A stretch of 64,000 nt of DNA from Octopus sinensis. Lineage: Eukaryota. Shown piece by piece: positions 37,788 to 52,150 of this stretch. Where the stretch lies: positions 52,514,001 to 52,578,000 of the forward strand of contig NC_042998.1 in NCBI RefSeq assembly GCF_006345805.1, in the 5' to 3' direction. Below the pieces are notes generated by a model, which did not search any database, was not told the origin of the DNA, and was given only the letters and a program-made list of their open reading frames with translations. The first letter of the stretch is position 1. Each line of letters opens with the position of its first letter. The translations under genes were made by a program, and so were the position numbers.

Positions 37788-40510
37788 AACTATTTTCTTC
37801 GTTTTCTGAAAAGCAATGTTTTGGACTTACAACACTTTTGCATAATAGCAACGATATGTTTTCTTGTTTTTATATCTGTTTTATTTACCTTACTAGGTCA
37901 TCCCTGATAAAGTGAATCTATGATAAAAACCATTTACTTGCTTGTCATTCTTATTGGTCATAAATATAAATGTGGGACTAAGAAGCTTGTTTTGTAGTCA
38001 CTTGATTTCAGGTTCAGTCCCATTGCATGGCACTAAGACCAAGTGTCTTCTTTAGTGTTAGGCCAACCTAAGCCATGTGAGCAGATTTGGTAGATTGTAT
38101 GTGCATGTGTGTGTGTGTGAGTATTTATGTTATGTTTCCTTGTTTGTATTGTATGCTAATTGTAAACAAACATTGCCATCATACAGGCAAGGTCATTCAT
38201 TTGCAATCTTCTGTGGGAACATATCTGGCCATTGTACTGGTTGCATTCGATAGACTAGTGGAAATATTAATTTGCTTTGAAACAATAGAGGATTGGTGAG
38301 AAGGAGGTCATTTCTCCATGGAAAAACCTGTTACAATAAATTTTGTCTGACCCATGCAAGCATGGCAACGTAGACGTTAAATGATGAGAGTAGCTGGACT
38401 ACAGAAGCCAATGTGTCTTACCTGTTATTGCTTCATCCTGGATCAGTTCTGATTAATTACCTATATTTAAAAGTATTTCAGCTGTGATTACTCATCCTTT
38501 TCAAAATCTGAGATTTCATAGTCATATGAATCCATCCTTTTTTCTTTCTTCTTTTTTTTTTGAGGGAAATTTGGTTGCTATTTAACTGTGTAGTGGTTAT
38601 CTGGTTGTCTCAATGTTATTTTACTTTGCTTTTGGATCTGTGAATTCGTGTGTTGAAACAAATTTTGCTGTGTCTAAATGTTATGGTAGGGTGTGATTTG
38701 AACATCCTGTCTTTTTCTTTGTAGAAGCTATATTGTTCAATCTGTCCATTTTTCTAAGAGTGTTTTTCTAAGAGAGTAAGCTGTGATTTTGAGGAGTTTT
38801 TGTCTGCTGTTTCTTGCTGTTGAAGCAATCACATAGGAGCCCTCTTGTTTACCCATCAAGCCTGTATGTCTTCCTCTGATAAAACACAGCAAGTCCACTT
38901 ATTATAGAATAGATTTATGAGTTCCATGGACTATGCCTCATACATACTAGAGACATGATCTTAGAAAATGATTCTCAACTTCCCATTAGACAGCAACCTA
39001 CGACACCAAAGTAAATCGAGAAAATTAGGTTAATTTTCTTCTCTTAGTTTTTTTTCTTCAACTTACTTTATTTTGTCAGAGGAGGGCAATATACAGATTC
39101 TGTTGAAATAAAATATATTTGAAGTGAAATAAAATATAGACTTGGTCGATAATATTTTCAACTTTCTACAAAAGTAGAAAGTACTACTTTAAATAGATTG
39201 AGCTTTTGTCTCCAGCAGGTTAGCAACCACATAACAACTCTCTCTCATGGGCCCATTATCTTTTCTTTCTTCATCCTCTTCTCTTTATAGTTTCTCTATA
39301 AAAGCCCTATGGCTCATGGCTCAAGTATTGGGCTCACTATCATGAGGTAGCAAGTTCAATTTCTGGACCAGGCTGTGTGCTGTGTTCTTGAGCAAGACAT
39401 TTTGTTTCATGTTGCTCCAGTTCACTCAGCTATAAAAATGAGTTGTGATGTCACTGGTGCCAAGCTGTATTAGCCTTTGCCTTTCCCTTGGTTGATATTG
39501 TTAGTGTGGACAAGGGAGGCTGGTATGCATAAGCGAGTGCTTGTCTTTCATAAACAATTTTGCCTGGTCTTGTGTCATGGAGGAGAACTTTCTTTTTACC
39601 ACTTATAGAAGTGGTAAAAAAAGTTTCCTGTACATCGTATGTAAGTTCCACTAGTAGTTCTTGTTTAGTCATTTCAAAGTATGGAGCCATGAATTCTGTG
39701 TTGCTCATATGAAAGGGTTTTGTGGTGTGAATGAAAATTTGAGAATGTATTGGTAGTATTTGTGGATAGATGGTGGGGGAGATGTGTATGATTAAAATGA
39801 GGAGATTGGTCAAATGAAAACAGGAAGAGAAAAGAAAGAAAAAAGTGAGAGAAAAGTGAAAAGAGTGAAAAAATGAAAAAAGTAAAAGTGAAGAAAGGGT
39901 GAAAGAAGTGAGAAAAGGAGTGTAAGTTGGTGGTCAAGATTATGTGAGGGGAGAATGGGATAGGAGTGGGGGAGGGATAGGAAGAGATGAGAAGGTAAGA
40001 AGTGAGTAAGTGTAAGATATGTGAATAGGGGTGATATGATAGAGCTGCATTAAGGGATGGGTAGAGAAAAGGTATGGGTGGGGTGATACCAAAGTGAGTA
40101 GTAGTTTTAGTAGTAAAATTTTAAGTGGAGGGAAGAATACAAGGAGGTCCAATTTTTATAAACGGATGTGTGATAGGTTAGTGTGATTGGTAGGAATCAG
40201 GGAGGAGGAAAGAAGGTATAGTGACATATGTACGTGCACACACATACATATACATGTGTACATGTGCATACATACATGTACACACACACATATATATACA
40301 CCTATATACATATGCATACACATACATATATATACATGCATGCTCACACACATCTGTAAATGCATATGTGTGCGCATACATATACCCATACATACACCTG
40401 CACATACATACGTGCAGATGCAGACGCGCTTACACCCATAGCAGTAATACACATCGTTGATCGGGTAATTACTTTTACTCTTTCTCAGGATCCACATTCA
40501 AAGTTTAATT

Positions 40511-40541
<31 letters not shown>

Positions 40542-40659
40542 ATACACTAATGGCAATTATATAATACACTTCATTTAAAAAGGTAATTTAGTCATTCTTG
40601 AATGCAACGATAGTAATGGGAAATTAAGTTATTGAAGTATTCATGTTGCATCAAGTGTG

Positions 40660-43088
40660 AATATTTCTTTATAAACAATGTTTTTGTTTTATTTCAAGGT
40701 GCATAAGCACAAAGATTTGCTTTTGCTCCCACACGTGATGCCTCTACATAAAGTTGGTCATGTGAAAAGCATGGTTCTTGAAGTTGCAATCCAGCAATTT
40801 TTAGTGTTTGGCCTTGACTTTTATTAATGCATATGGCAAAAGAAATTTGGATAGGAAACTGTAACTGCTTAAGTTGGAATGAGACATTAGATGGTATGCA
40901 AGAAATTCAGACAGTCTCACCTTTACGACTACCAAGGAGAATATTTGCCTCAATGCAGTTCATAATAAGTTTATGCACAATTAATTTTGTACCATAGCAT
41001 AATTTTGGTTGAGACAAATTATGCAATAGCATAATAGGAGTCCCTTTTTACAGCTGAAGATAATGTGGAGCTGTACCTGGTGGTTCTAGTGAGTTCAAAA
41101 ATTCGATGTGGTAGTTAACACTATCCTGATCATCAACAACACTGTCAACTGAGTTATAAGTGAATACTTCTCCTGGAAGTTTATTCAATAGCATTTTATT
41201 AATGCTATTTACAGCAACATTTTTTGGAGCCAGAATAATTAGCTCACAGATCCAATCTGCATTGTTGTAATTATGAAGAAGATTCGGAAAGATTTCACCA
41301 AATTATCAATGGAATCATATTGGATTAAATGTAAAAAACTGTTCTTCATCAATTGCAACTCCCACTTCACTGAGTTTCAAAAGCTGATCTGCAAATAGTT
41401 CAACTGATTGATCTCTTGAAAGCTTCAATCTCATATTTATCAAAATCTGAAGTGCTTTTACATGGTGCCATAATACAGAAGACTTTATCGAAACATTGAG
41501 CTCATCCACTTTTGTTCCTCTTGGAACAAATGTTTGTTGGAAATCTCCTGACAATAATACTGTGATATTTCCCATCATGGAATTAAAATTTCTAATGTCT
41601 TGTAATGTTCTGTCCACAGCTTCAAAAGCTTTTTTGTGGACATGGTACATTCATCCCAGACAATTAAGTGACATCTTTGTATTAGTTCACCCATTCTAGA
41701 ATTTTTAGATATATTACAAACTGGATCTTCTTTGCTAGATAAATCTAAAGGTAACTTGAATGTTGAATGGGCTGTACAACCTCTGGGTAGTAATGTGGTT
41801 GCAATTCCAGAAGTAGCAGTAACTAAAGTTATTGTTTTTTCTTGATGAACTTTAGCCAGGAGGAGTTTAATTACAAATGTTTTTCCAGTACCTCCTGGAG
41901 CATCTAAGAAATAAAGTCCCCATATGCTATTGTTAATGCTTTCTATGACAGCGAAATATGCACGACGTTGATCAGGTAGAAGCTTGGGACAATTACCATT
42001 TATGTCCATGGTCAGTTCCTCCATATCATAGGAAATTTCCTTCGTTAGTTCAGTGGACAAACTGTTGAGATCCCCTCTATTAGTTAGTGGGAGACCTAAA
42101 TTTTCTATAGGTTCACCTTGAATTGAAATAATTTGATCTCCTATTTCAATCAAAGACACATTGTATATAGCATCAGTGAATACTCAACTGAACTTGGTGC
42201 TTGAAATCTTCAGCAAGATCATTTCTGAACTTAATCCACAATTCAACAAAATTGCTTCACAATTTTTGAGAATAACAGCAAAAAGACCTCTGAAACTCTT
42301 TGGTGTTTTTGATATTGAAGCTTCTTCCAGTGTTGCTTCCCATTGCTGATCATTTGCAAGCAAACCTAACTTCAAACATGCTTCTCGTTATGTTTTTCAA
42401 ATCTTACCATCAACTTCTTTCAAACATTCCCATGACATTGGTCCTCTTTTTACATGAAGATGCATTCTGAGATGAAAGCATTAATTTTCATTAGGATGTA
42501 CAATTTATACTCAACCAATTGTTGTACCAAACTTAATCTGAGAATGACCTTGAACTTTTGTACCTATTTTGCATCTATTCCATTTATTATTATTCCATAT
42601 GTAATAAGAAGGAACCTCATAATATAGCAGCATTTTTGCAAAATTGTCCACCTGACAAAGATTGAAAGAGGCTGTTAAAGTGGTACCCTTTGGATTTGAA
42701 ACTTTATTTGCAGCTGTCTCAGCAGTAAACTAAACCCTTTGACCATTTTCTAAATGCACAGAAAGTTGTTGAATGGCTGGGTGCCTTTCGTGAATTGGGA
42801 ATCCAGATATGCACCAAAAGGCCTCATTACTGCTTATATATCTCCCTAATTTGGTATTGTTTAACTTGATAGGCTGAATTCCCAAGGAGAATTGAAATAT
42901 TCAGTTTTGAATCTGAACCAGAGCGAGACTACTCCTACAGATTTGGTGTCTCTACTTTCATTTTGACAAACAGCTTTGAATCCAAACCAATGTGAAACTA
43001 CTATAGATTTGCTGTTTTTACTTTCATTTTGACAGACAAACAAACAAACAAACAGACAGACAGAAATTCAATTTTATATATATATATA
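40660..43088 (-). mobile_element. Decayed Helitron (5' terminus and RepHel/PIF1 helicase region)
   Basis: YISSNEAFW...HPAIQQLSVHLENGQRV, FLDAPGGTGKTF, IVWDECTM and QLYVEASRVG. Terminal tatatatataaaattgaat+(GTCT/GTTT)n at about 43030-43088. Confidence 0.92.
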
Positions 43089-44230
43089 ATCAGTTTGAGG
43101 AAGTTATATCCTCATTAGGGATTATATAATCCAAGATATTTCACTGGTTAATTTCTATCATATAATGCAAAAGTCAATGGTATATGTTAGGGATTATTGT
43201 AATTAAATGTATTATTAATATTGAAGGAAAGAAAGTGGAGAAAAATATGGATGCATGAATAATTTAATTGTATGTTATAAAATGTTGAAATTTTCTTTTC
43301 AAAAAACCTAACAATACAAATAAATTGAGTTTAAGTTGTAAAGCTCAAATAAATAAATAAATAAATAAAATATAAAATAACCTACGTATGATTCAGTACT
43401 ATCCCCTAGTTGACCAGAAATTCTAAGCATTTGGTTAAATGTTAAGAATGGTATCATATTCTAACTATATGGGGTAGAACTTCTTCAGGGTTATTATGAG
43501 CTTATAGAACTTAGGTTATCATTTTTCCATTGAAGGATGCATTAGTGAGTTTCAGAAGTTAAATGCTATATATAATAAGTGTATCTAAGTGTTGAGTTAT
43601 AGATATTCATGAATATACCATATATTAAAAAATAAAGAAAATATACATAAAAATTTTTAAAAAAAGATGAAAAATAAAAATATAAAATAAAATAAAAAAT
43701 AAAAAGGCTATAAATTTTTCCTATTGGTTTGGTAATAGATACAGCTGAGGAAAGGTATAGATGAGTAGCAATATGTAACATGATCAGGATTGTGGATAAA
43801 TGAAGGTTTGAAAATTGTCTGTTATAATGTGTATCTTGTAAATCTTATTTATAAACTGTTATTCATTAGCATATGGAAGTATATATAAATATATGTGCGT
43901 CTATAGAGTGTTTGAAGTGGTGTACTGCTATTGTATATTGAGAAAAAGGAGGCACTCAGAATTTTGGATAGTTCTTTATTAGCGCTTTTGTTCGTTTTTT
44001 TTAACTCATCAAGACAAAATCAAAATGGTGAAAACAGAACGTTTCATCGTTCATTTATATGAATCAAATCCATTTTTTTTTGTTTAGAAGAGGAGAATAT
44101 TGTTTTTGTTTTGTTTTTTTTTTGGAAAAAAGGAGGGAGAGAAAGAAAAACAAAAGGGTGGGGAAATAGACAGAGAGAAAGATTTCAGGACAACCAAGAA
44201 AGAGGAGAAAAATAATAAAGGATGGGAAAA

Positions 44231-44242
44231 GGATAGATAGAC

Positions 44243-44313
<71 letters not shown>

Positions 44314-44331
44314 GATAGAGAGAGAGAGAGA
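44231..44331. repeat. (GATA)n/(GA)n microsatellite
   Basis: Direct inspection. Confidence 0.95.
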
Positions 44332-44432
44332 CTGGTGTCTTTCAAATTTGATGTGGTCAATTCATTGAAATTTCATTACAGAGCATTTTTCTTTTTTCTT
44401 TCTCCTTTCTTTTTTATATATGCATTTATGTT

Positions 44433-44478
<46 letters not shown>

Positions 44479-44549
44479 ATATATATATCATCATCATCAT
44501 TTAACGTCTGCTTTCCATGCAAGCATGATATATATATATATCCATATGC

Positions 44550-44584
<35 letters not shown>

Positions 44585-44741
44585 CACACACACACACACA
44601 CTCTTTATTTCCTTCTTTATACTGTTCCATAAATTTCCATTTATTTACTTCTACTTCTCATCTGGTTCTCTTTCTTCATTCTCTTTCTCTCCTTTACTCC
44701 CCTTTCTCTTTTTTACTCCCCTTTCTCTCTTTTACTCCCTT

Positions 44742-44780
<39 letters not shown>

Positions 44781-45269
44781 CTCATCACATTCCTCCTTTC
44801 TATACATTTTATATATGTTCTAGCAATACTTATCTTAAGAGTATTTTTGTAATGATTGCTTATGTTACTTTGTAATGAAGCCAGCCATTTATGTTCTATT
44901 GTTGGACGTGTTTGCTTTTATCTGCCTTGTTCCATCAGTTTAGCTTTCGAAGATTATTAGACATGTGTTGCACTGAATACTTTTTTTGTTTTTTACATTT
45001 TTATGATTCCTTCCTTGTCAATATTCAAGAAGCTAACAAGTGCATACATACATATATACATACATTCATGTATGTGTATGTATGTACATATATGTATATT
45101 TATATATATATATATATTATATATATATATATATATATACATAAATGCTTATGAATTTGTGTATGTACTTATTAGCTTCTTCAATCTTTGCAAAGAAGAC
45201 ACGAGGAAAAATAGAAACAATTTTTATATGGATAAAAATATGTTTCTGAGCTTTTTTTTTTTTATTTGT

Positions 45270-45561
45270 TTCAGTCATTGGAGTGCAACCATGCTGGAGC
45301 AATATCTTGAAAGGTTTTAGTCAATGAAATGGATCCTGGTATTTAGTTTAACGCTGTTAAATATTCTTTTGGGGTTTTTATTATTTTCTTCAGTTACTTG
45401 TGGCCAGGTCTTATTCTTTGTAACCCTAGTACTTATTCTATTGGTCTCTTTTGCTGAACCATTAAGATATGGATACGTAAACACACCAATACTGGTTGTG
45501 AAGTGGTGATGGGCAGACGAACACAGACACAATGACACACACACATAGAAATATTCATATA

Positions 45562-45597
<36 letters not shown>

Positions 45598-45965
45598 CAG
45601 TGGACTCCTTTCAGTTTCTTATTTCTTTATTGCCCACAAGGGATTAAACATAGAGGGGACAAACAAGGCTAGACAGAGTGATTAAGTCGATTGCATCGAA
45701 CCCAGTGCGTAACTGGTACTTAATTTATCGACCCCGAAAGGATGAAAGGCAAAGTCGACCTCGGCGGAATTTGAACTCAGAACGTAGCGGTAGACAAAAT
45801 ACCGCTAAGCATTTCACCCGGCGTGCTGACGTTTCTGCTAGCTCATCACCTTAACTTTCAGTTTCTGTCTACCAAATTCTTCCACAAGGCTTTGGTTGGC
45901 CTGAGGCTATAGTAGAAGACACTTGCTCAATGCGCCACATAATGGGACTGAACCCAGAATCATGT
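45270..45965 (-). mobile_element. SINE A with a nested SINE B (45617-45852)
   Basis: SINE A halves flank the SINE B; ctttcagtttc is repeated at 45608-45618 and 45855-45865 (probable TSD). Confidence 0.9.
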
Positions 45966-46363
45966 GCTAAATTGCTAAGTTATATGGGATATAAACAAAC
46001 TAACACAAAGATACATACACATATAAATACATACACATATACATACATACACATATACATACATTTACTTACAGACACAATACCACACACACACAAACAC
46101 AAACACACACACACAAACTCATGAACAGACACACACCCACATCCATATTAATATATGATGGGTTTTTTGCATTTTCTATCTACCAAATTCATTTGCAGAG
46201 TTTTTTATTGGCCGAGTGCAAAAACAGAAGAGTCATATAAAGCAACCACGTGACCATACCTACACACACACACACACACACACAAACAATGTACTTGCTT
46301 TAAATCTTGACAAAGAAGGCATAAACTAGGCAAGTGTGCGAATGTGTGTGTGTGTGAGTGTGA

Positions 46364-46395
<32 letters not shown>

Positions 46396-46461
46396 ATGTG
46401 TGTGTGTGTGTGTGTGAATGAGTGTATGTGTATCTGTTACTAAACGAACTGAAGAATGGGT

Positions 46462-46625
46462 GCTCAACATCAGTGTGGTTGTGTGGTAAGAAGCTTGGTT
46501 TCCAAGTACATGTTCTTGGGTTCAATCCCACTGTTTGGCACCTTGGGCGAGTGTATTCTACTATAACCTTGGGTTAACCAAAGCCTTGTGAGTAGATTTG
46601 GTAGATGGAAACTGAAAGAAGCCCA
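46462..46625 (+). mobile_element. SINE A 5' half
   Basis: Family head and body. Confidence 0.85.
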
Positions 46626-46637
46626 TTGTATATATCA

Positions 46638-46669
<32 letters not shown>

Positions 46670-47942
46670 ATAAATATATTTGCACACACACACACACACA
46701 CACACACGCATACTTTTCAAAACGTAGCCACATGTGAATTGTTGGCGACTTTTTTCCTCCTTTTTCTTTTTCTCTTGGACTTTCCTCTGTCTCCTGTTTC
46801 TGAAGTAAAGGATACAAAAATTCTTTTTAAAAGAATTATTGTTAAATTTCTGATACCTAAGGTTTCATGCTCACAGTGATCAGCATTTTTCAACCAGAAT
46901 TCAGCTCACAAATGGCATTCTGTTGTGTAATTTATTTAAATAGATACATCATTAATACTAATGACTTTTCTTTTCATTGATGGTGAAATTTTGATCAACT
47001 TATTTTCAGTTTTGTAGAGAGAGAACTATTTTAGCCTCCATTAAGGTATTTGCTTTTCCTGGAGAAGGCATTATTTTGAATTGCATAATAAGCGTATGCT
47101 TTTCTTTAAAAGCCTATATAGTCTCAGTAATTTGTAAGTCTAGTAATTACAAGTAAGACTATGGTTTACTGAGGAGGTTTTGTAGTGGCACAAGCAGTCA
47201 GCGCCATATTGGATGAGATCTTGCGGCAGCCATTGCAATCTCCGAGACTGGAGTGAGACCTCACCTGCATCCATTTGCCATGCATGAGATAACAACAAGG
47301 CTCACGATAGAAATTATATAATGGGAAAGCCCAATTCGAATCTCTCTCTTTTGGCACCACCTTCACAGCAACACTGGCTGAACAACATCACTGGCTAGAG
47401 GTAATGCGCCCGCACTAACGGAGCTATGTACACAACACACACAGCTAAAGATGGTAGCTGAGAGCAGCACACTACACCTATCCTGTGAATCCTGTAAATA
47501 AACCAGTTGTAAATAGCAGTTGTATTTGAAGTCTTCTCTCTTCGCCTGCCAAAAGCCTGAACTACATGAAGAACAAAAAAAATGATGGAAGGAGACGATA
47601 TTCTTCCGATATTGTAAACCTTGCCTTTCATTATTAAAATTTAAAAGAACTGAAAACATGTCACAAACTGTCACTATACTTATCAAATTCACTACATACC
47701 TCACTCAATTTTTTTATCAGTTTGAGTTCTAGTGTTGTCTCCTTTGCATTTGATAAAAATTATCGTTAGCACTAATGATTCTCTCTGTTGTTTGTATAAT
47801 TTTAATTGGTTAAAACTTTGGGCGGGTGTCACTATATTATGTATGCACTTAACTATATGTACATACATACATATATACACACACACACATATATATGTAT
47901 ACACACACCAACACACACACACACAAGACAAAGCATAAATAA

Positions 47943-47974
<32 letters not shown>

Positions 47975-48335
47975 CTGCAGAGTAGTTGGTGTTAAGAAGG
48001 GCAATAGCTATAAAAACCATGCCAACACTGACACTGCCTGGCCCGCTCCTGTTAAACTGTCCAATCCATGCCAGCATGGAAGGAGGACGTTAAACAATGA
48101 TGATAATGATGATGAGGATATATATATACATATATACATAAATGGCGGTGCCCCAGCAAAATGGCGGTGCCCCAGCAAAATGGCAGTGCCCCAGCATGGC
48201 CACAGCTCGTGAGCTGAAACTAGATTAAATAAAATAAAAATAAAAAATATTTTATTTGGGTGGTGACAAGGCTACCATTGGTTTCATGGCGAGAGAAGTT
48301 TCTCAACAATTATCAAGCCTTCCATGTAGAATTAC

Positions 48336-48770
48336 TCTTTTACTCTTTTACTTGTTTCAGTCATTTGACTGCGGCCATGCTGGAGCAACGCCTTTAATCG
48401 AGCAACTTGACCCCAGGACTTATTCTTTTTGTAAGCCCAGTACTTATTCTATCGGTCTCTTTTGCCGAACCGCTAAGTAATGGGGACATAAACACACCAG
48501 CATTGGTTGTCAAGCAATGCTAGGGGGACAAACACAGACACACAAACAAACACACATACATATATATATACATATATACGACAGGCTTCTTCCAGTTTCT
48601 GTCTACCAAATCCACTCACAAGGCATTGGTCGGTCCGGGGCTATAGCAGAAGACACTTGCCCAAGATGCCACGCAGTGGGACTGAACCCGGAACCATGTG
48701 GTTGGGTAGCAAGCTACTTACCACACCATGTGGTTGGTTAGCAAGCTACTTACCACACAGCCACTCCTGC
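48336..48770 (-). mobile_element. SINE A, full length, with a tandem duplication in the head
   Basis: accatgtggttgg.tagcaagctacttaccac occurs twice at about 48693-48757. Confidence 0.92.
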
Positions 48771-49249
48771 TGGTAATCATCTCCATCTTGGATGAGAATA
48801 TGAAAATACCAAGATTGTTGAGAGATTTCTCTCAGCATCAAACTAATGGTAGCCTTGTTAACTCACAAATAAAGAACATTTATCCATCAATGAGGTATTA
48901 AGTGCTTATTTTCACTGTTCGATATTCGTGCACACACACACACACACACACACATACATGTGTGTGTGTACCTTTTGTGTGTGCATATGTGCACAAACAT
49001 ACTTAAGTACATTTGGGTTTACAAATGGTGCAAAAAAAGGGAACTGAGTGTTACATAAATGTATATATGACTGTATATATATATTTGTTATTTTTTAAGT
49101 TGAAAACATTCTTTCAAGGGCTTCAAGCTTCCTGCGTAATAATACTTAAATTCGAAAAGTGTTACAGGCAAAAGAAATTTGAGGTTATTGCACTAAGTTT
49201 TGAAGTGTTTACAGTTTCAGTAATAATCATGTGCCCCCACCTCTCTCTC

Positions 49250-49409
49250 TTTATATATATACACACACATATATATATGTATATATGTATGCATGTATGT
49301 ATATATACATGTACATATGTATATATATATATATATATGTATGTATGTGTGTGTATATATACATATATATATATATATGTATGTATATATGTATGTATAT
49401 ATGTATGTA

Positions 49410-49457
<48 letters not shown>

Positions 49458-49475
49458 TATATGTATGTATATATG

Positions 49476-49518
<43 letters not shown>

Positions 49519-49550
49519 TTGCATGTATGTATATGTGTATACACACATAT
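49250..49550. repeat. Compound (TA)/(TATG)/(TG) microsatellite
   Basis: Direct inspection. Confidence 0.95.
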
Positions 49551-50753
49551 AGGAGAGTATTGTAGTTTGCTTGAAGCATTGTGTATGTATTTGTGCATTT
49601 GGTAAAAAGCTGCAGGAATTTAAGATTGTGGAGTTTCTTCTCTTGGTCAACGTAGTGGTGGTAGCATCAGTCAATAGCTGCAGTAGTGCTTCGGTATGCA
49701 TGCTCAATGGATGACATGACATTGCATATTATTTTGGAGAGTTTGCATATGTGCTCATGTAGTTGGTGGTGTAGATGGTGTATGATTTTCCTGATGATGA
49801 ACGTATGTATGTATTTCAGTGATCATCGAAGGGTAAGGCTGTGGAAGCATATGGGTAGATGTATGTTCCTGATGGTGTTAGAAATTATGTTAGAAAGGGG
49901 AATTCCAACCACTTTCTTTGGTTCGCTACCTTAACAGCTCCTTTATAGGATCCGGGGGCTAAAAACATCATCAGGGGGAATCTCGTCCAGTTTCGGTCCC
50001 TACTCCTCTACCATTTTCAACGTGGCAGACCCCACCCCACTAATAGAAGTGTCTTCAGTTCTGGTGTTGAGTGCATTTCTTCTTTCTCCTTTTTTCTTTT
50101 GTTCTTTGGTTTCTTCGATGCAGCATCAATGAATGTCAATGGGTGACTGACCATCCTGCCAAATATCCCTTTAAATACTCGCCGGTGGGCTCCAGCAGCT
50201 AACTGTCATGTGACACTGTCAAAGTTTCAATTGACCAATGGAGGGGAAGGGTACATAGTTTTAGCCCACACCCTCTCTAAACCAGCCTTCCAACAATGTT
50301 GTGTTAGTTTCAGTTCCAGCAGCCAGAGCCAACTAGTTGTTTGGTGGTACAAGCCTTCGAACAAGGAGGAGGGTGTGCTATGAACGAGATCACTACCTTG
50401 GCCCACCTGTCAATCAGTGATGCTGCTTAAGTGTAAGCCAGCCTCACCTAGCGATGCTTTTTCCCAGTCGGCATGTTATGGCTTTCAAGCCATTTTGCAT
50501 CTTCTCATTTCAGCCATATATAGAAGCTGACTTTCGACTGCCTCCTGTATCCTCCTTATTACTTTTCTCAGCTCTGAACTCGAAAATGCAAACCTTCTTT
50601 TAAATAATGTCACTTTCCTTTCAATGAAGCCTCTAGCTTTATATTCAAACTGGCCAGATCTGGTTCTTCACACCTACCCTAAAAAATTAGCAGTTGCCAC
50701 ATCAAAATCTTAAAACTACAAGGTGATCCTTGATTAAACCAAAACAATGTGAA

Positions 50754-51118
50754 AAAGAGCACTCAAAGAGTGAAAATCTCCACCAAGGCCACACCAACAT
50801 CCTCTCAACGATTAACCAGAGATGATTTTTAAAATGGGAGTGTAAACCCAACTGCTCTCACAAACAAGAATACTAAAAATGAACCTGACTGTCCTCAAAA
50901 GTTAAGTAAAAAAAAAAAACAGGAAAAATAATTCAGAATCCTTGTCCAGCACCAGATTGATCCCAAAGTCTAATCACTTTGTGTCAGTCACAAGGCCAAA
51001 CATCCCTGAAAGTTTCATCTGAATCCCTCCAGCAGTTCTTGAGATATCTTGTCCATGGACAAACAAACAAACATGACTGAAAACAATACCTCCACCTTCG
51101 CTAAGGTGGAGGTAATAA
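50754..51118 (+). mobile_element. Probable Helentron-type non-autonomous element (HINE/DINE-like)
   Basis: 5' tctccaccaagg subterminal repeat and 3' hairpin acctccacctt-cgct-aaggtggaggt followed by aataa; inserted in an A/T run of another repeat. Confidence 0.6.
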
Positions 51119-51164
51119 ACAAGTATTACATTTGACAGAGTAATCTTAATACTAAAGGGTTAAT

Positions 51165-51320
51165 ACTTCCTCCCATGTCTTCCAGGGTCGCCATTCTCCA
51201 CAAATTCCATCCACTTTAAGTGATCGGCATATCTTTATGCAACTATCCTTATTCAAACACATCACATGGCCAAACCAGGAAAGACTTCTCCCTTGCACAC
51301 TGCTTCTAATTCTTCTTGAA
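51165..51320 (-). mobile_element. RTE RT C-terminal fragment
   Basis: RSLSWFGHVMCLNKDSCIKICRSLKVDGICG..RPWKTWEEV. Confidence 0.8.
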
Positions 51321-51759
51321 GATGATAATAAATGAAATTAAAAATATGAAATATGAGGCTTGATATGAGTAAACTGATAATGGTTAACAAACTGAAGATG
51401 AAAAAAGAACATTTAGCATTTGGATAACTGTGTCAGATATCTTGTTTATTTATTAATGTTGTTATGAATTAATCATACATTATCTTTTAACTTCACAGTT
51501 TCAATAATGTGATTGCTTAATTTTAAAGTAGGTGTAAGAGGCTGGATGTGGTTAGTTTCAACATCAAACAGGTAGAATATTTTGGGACAGATATCAACCA
51601 ATTTATGTGTTAAAGGGTTAAAATGTCTTGTCTTCACTCTAATACTTGACACACCTATTAATTCTTTTATCAGAAGTTAGAAGAGTTACAAAGTTTTAGT
51701 AGCAAATGTGATTTTTTAAGTAACATAAAAAAAGATTTGTCAGATAAAAATAAACTGAG

Positions 51760-52150
51760 ATTTATTTGTCTAGGCTTGAAGAGTAAATTAAGGTATCCCA
51801 AAACAATGATATTAACATATGTAATCTCTTGTCTGGACTAAATATTGCAAAAGAATTATTTGTTAAGAGATGTAAAGCTTCCAAGAGAAGCTGTCAGATT
51901 CATCAAGAACAATAAGTTACAGGATGTCATGCCAAATCTATGGGTTGGTTTAAGAATAATGCTTATGATATATAAATATCTGTTGCTATAGGAGAGAGGG
52001 AAGCCTTAGTAAAACAAAGCTTATAGAGATATATTTAAAGTCATCCATGACATGTTACAGATTAAATTCATCTGCAATTTTGTCAATAGAAAATGATACT
52101 GTGAAGAAGATATATATGGAAAATGCTATGTGCTACGGAAATGTACAGGT
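51760..52150 (+). mobile_element. hAT transposase dimerisation-domain relic
   Basis: LQDVMPNLWVGLRIML...RLNSSAILSIEND. Confidence 0.72.

Noticed and set aside
38560-38900. Possible Penelope GIY-YIG relic (also 23525-23600)
   Set aside because: Only loose similarity; key residues are not clearly present.
47018-49132. Micro-exon candidates ERTILASIK (47018-47045) and ENILSRASSFL (about 49097-49132)
   Set aside because: Too short, and the chance frequency of such pairs is high in this DNA.
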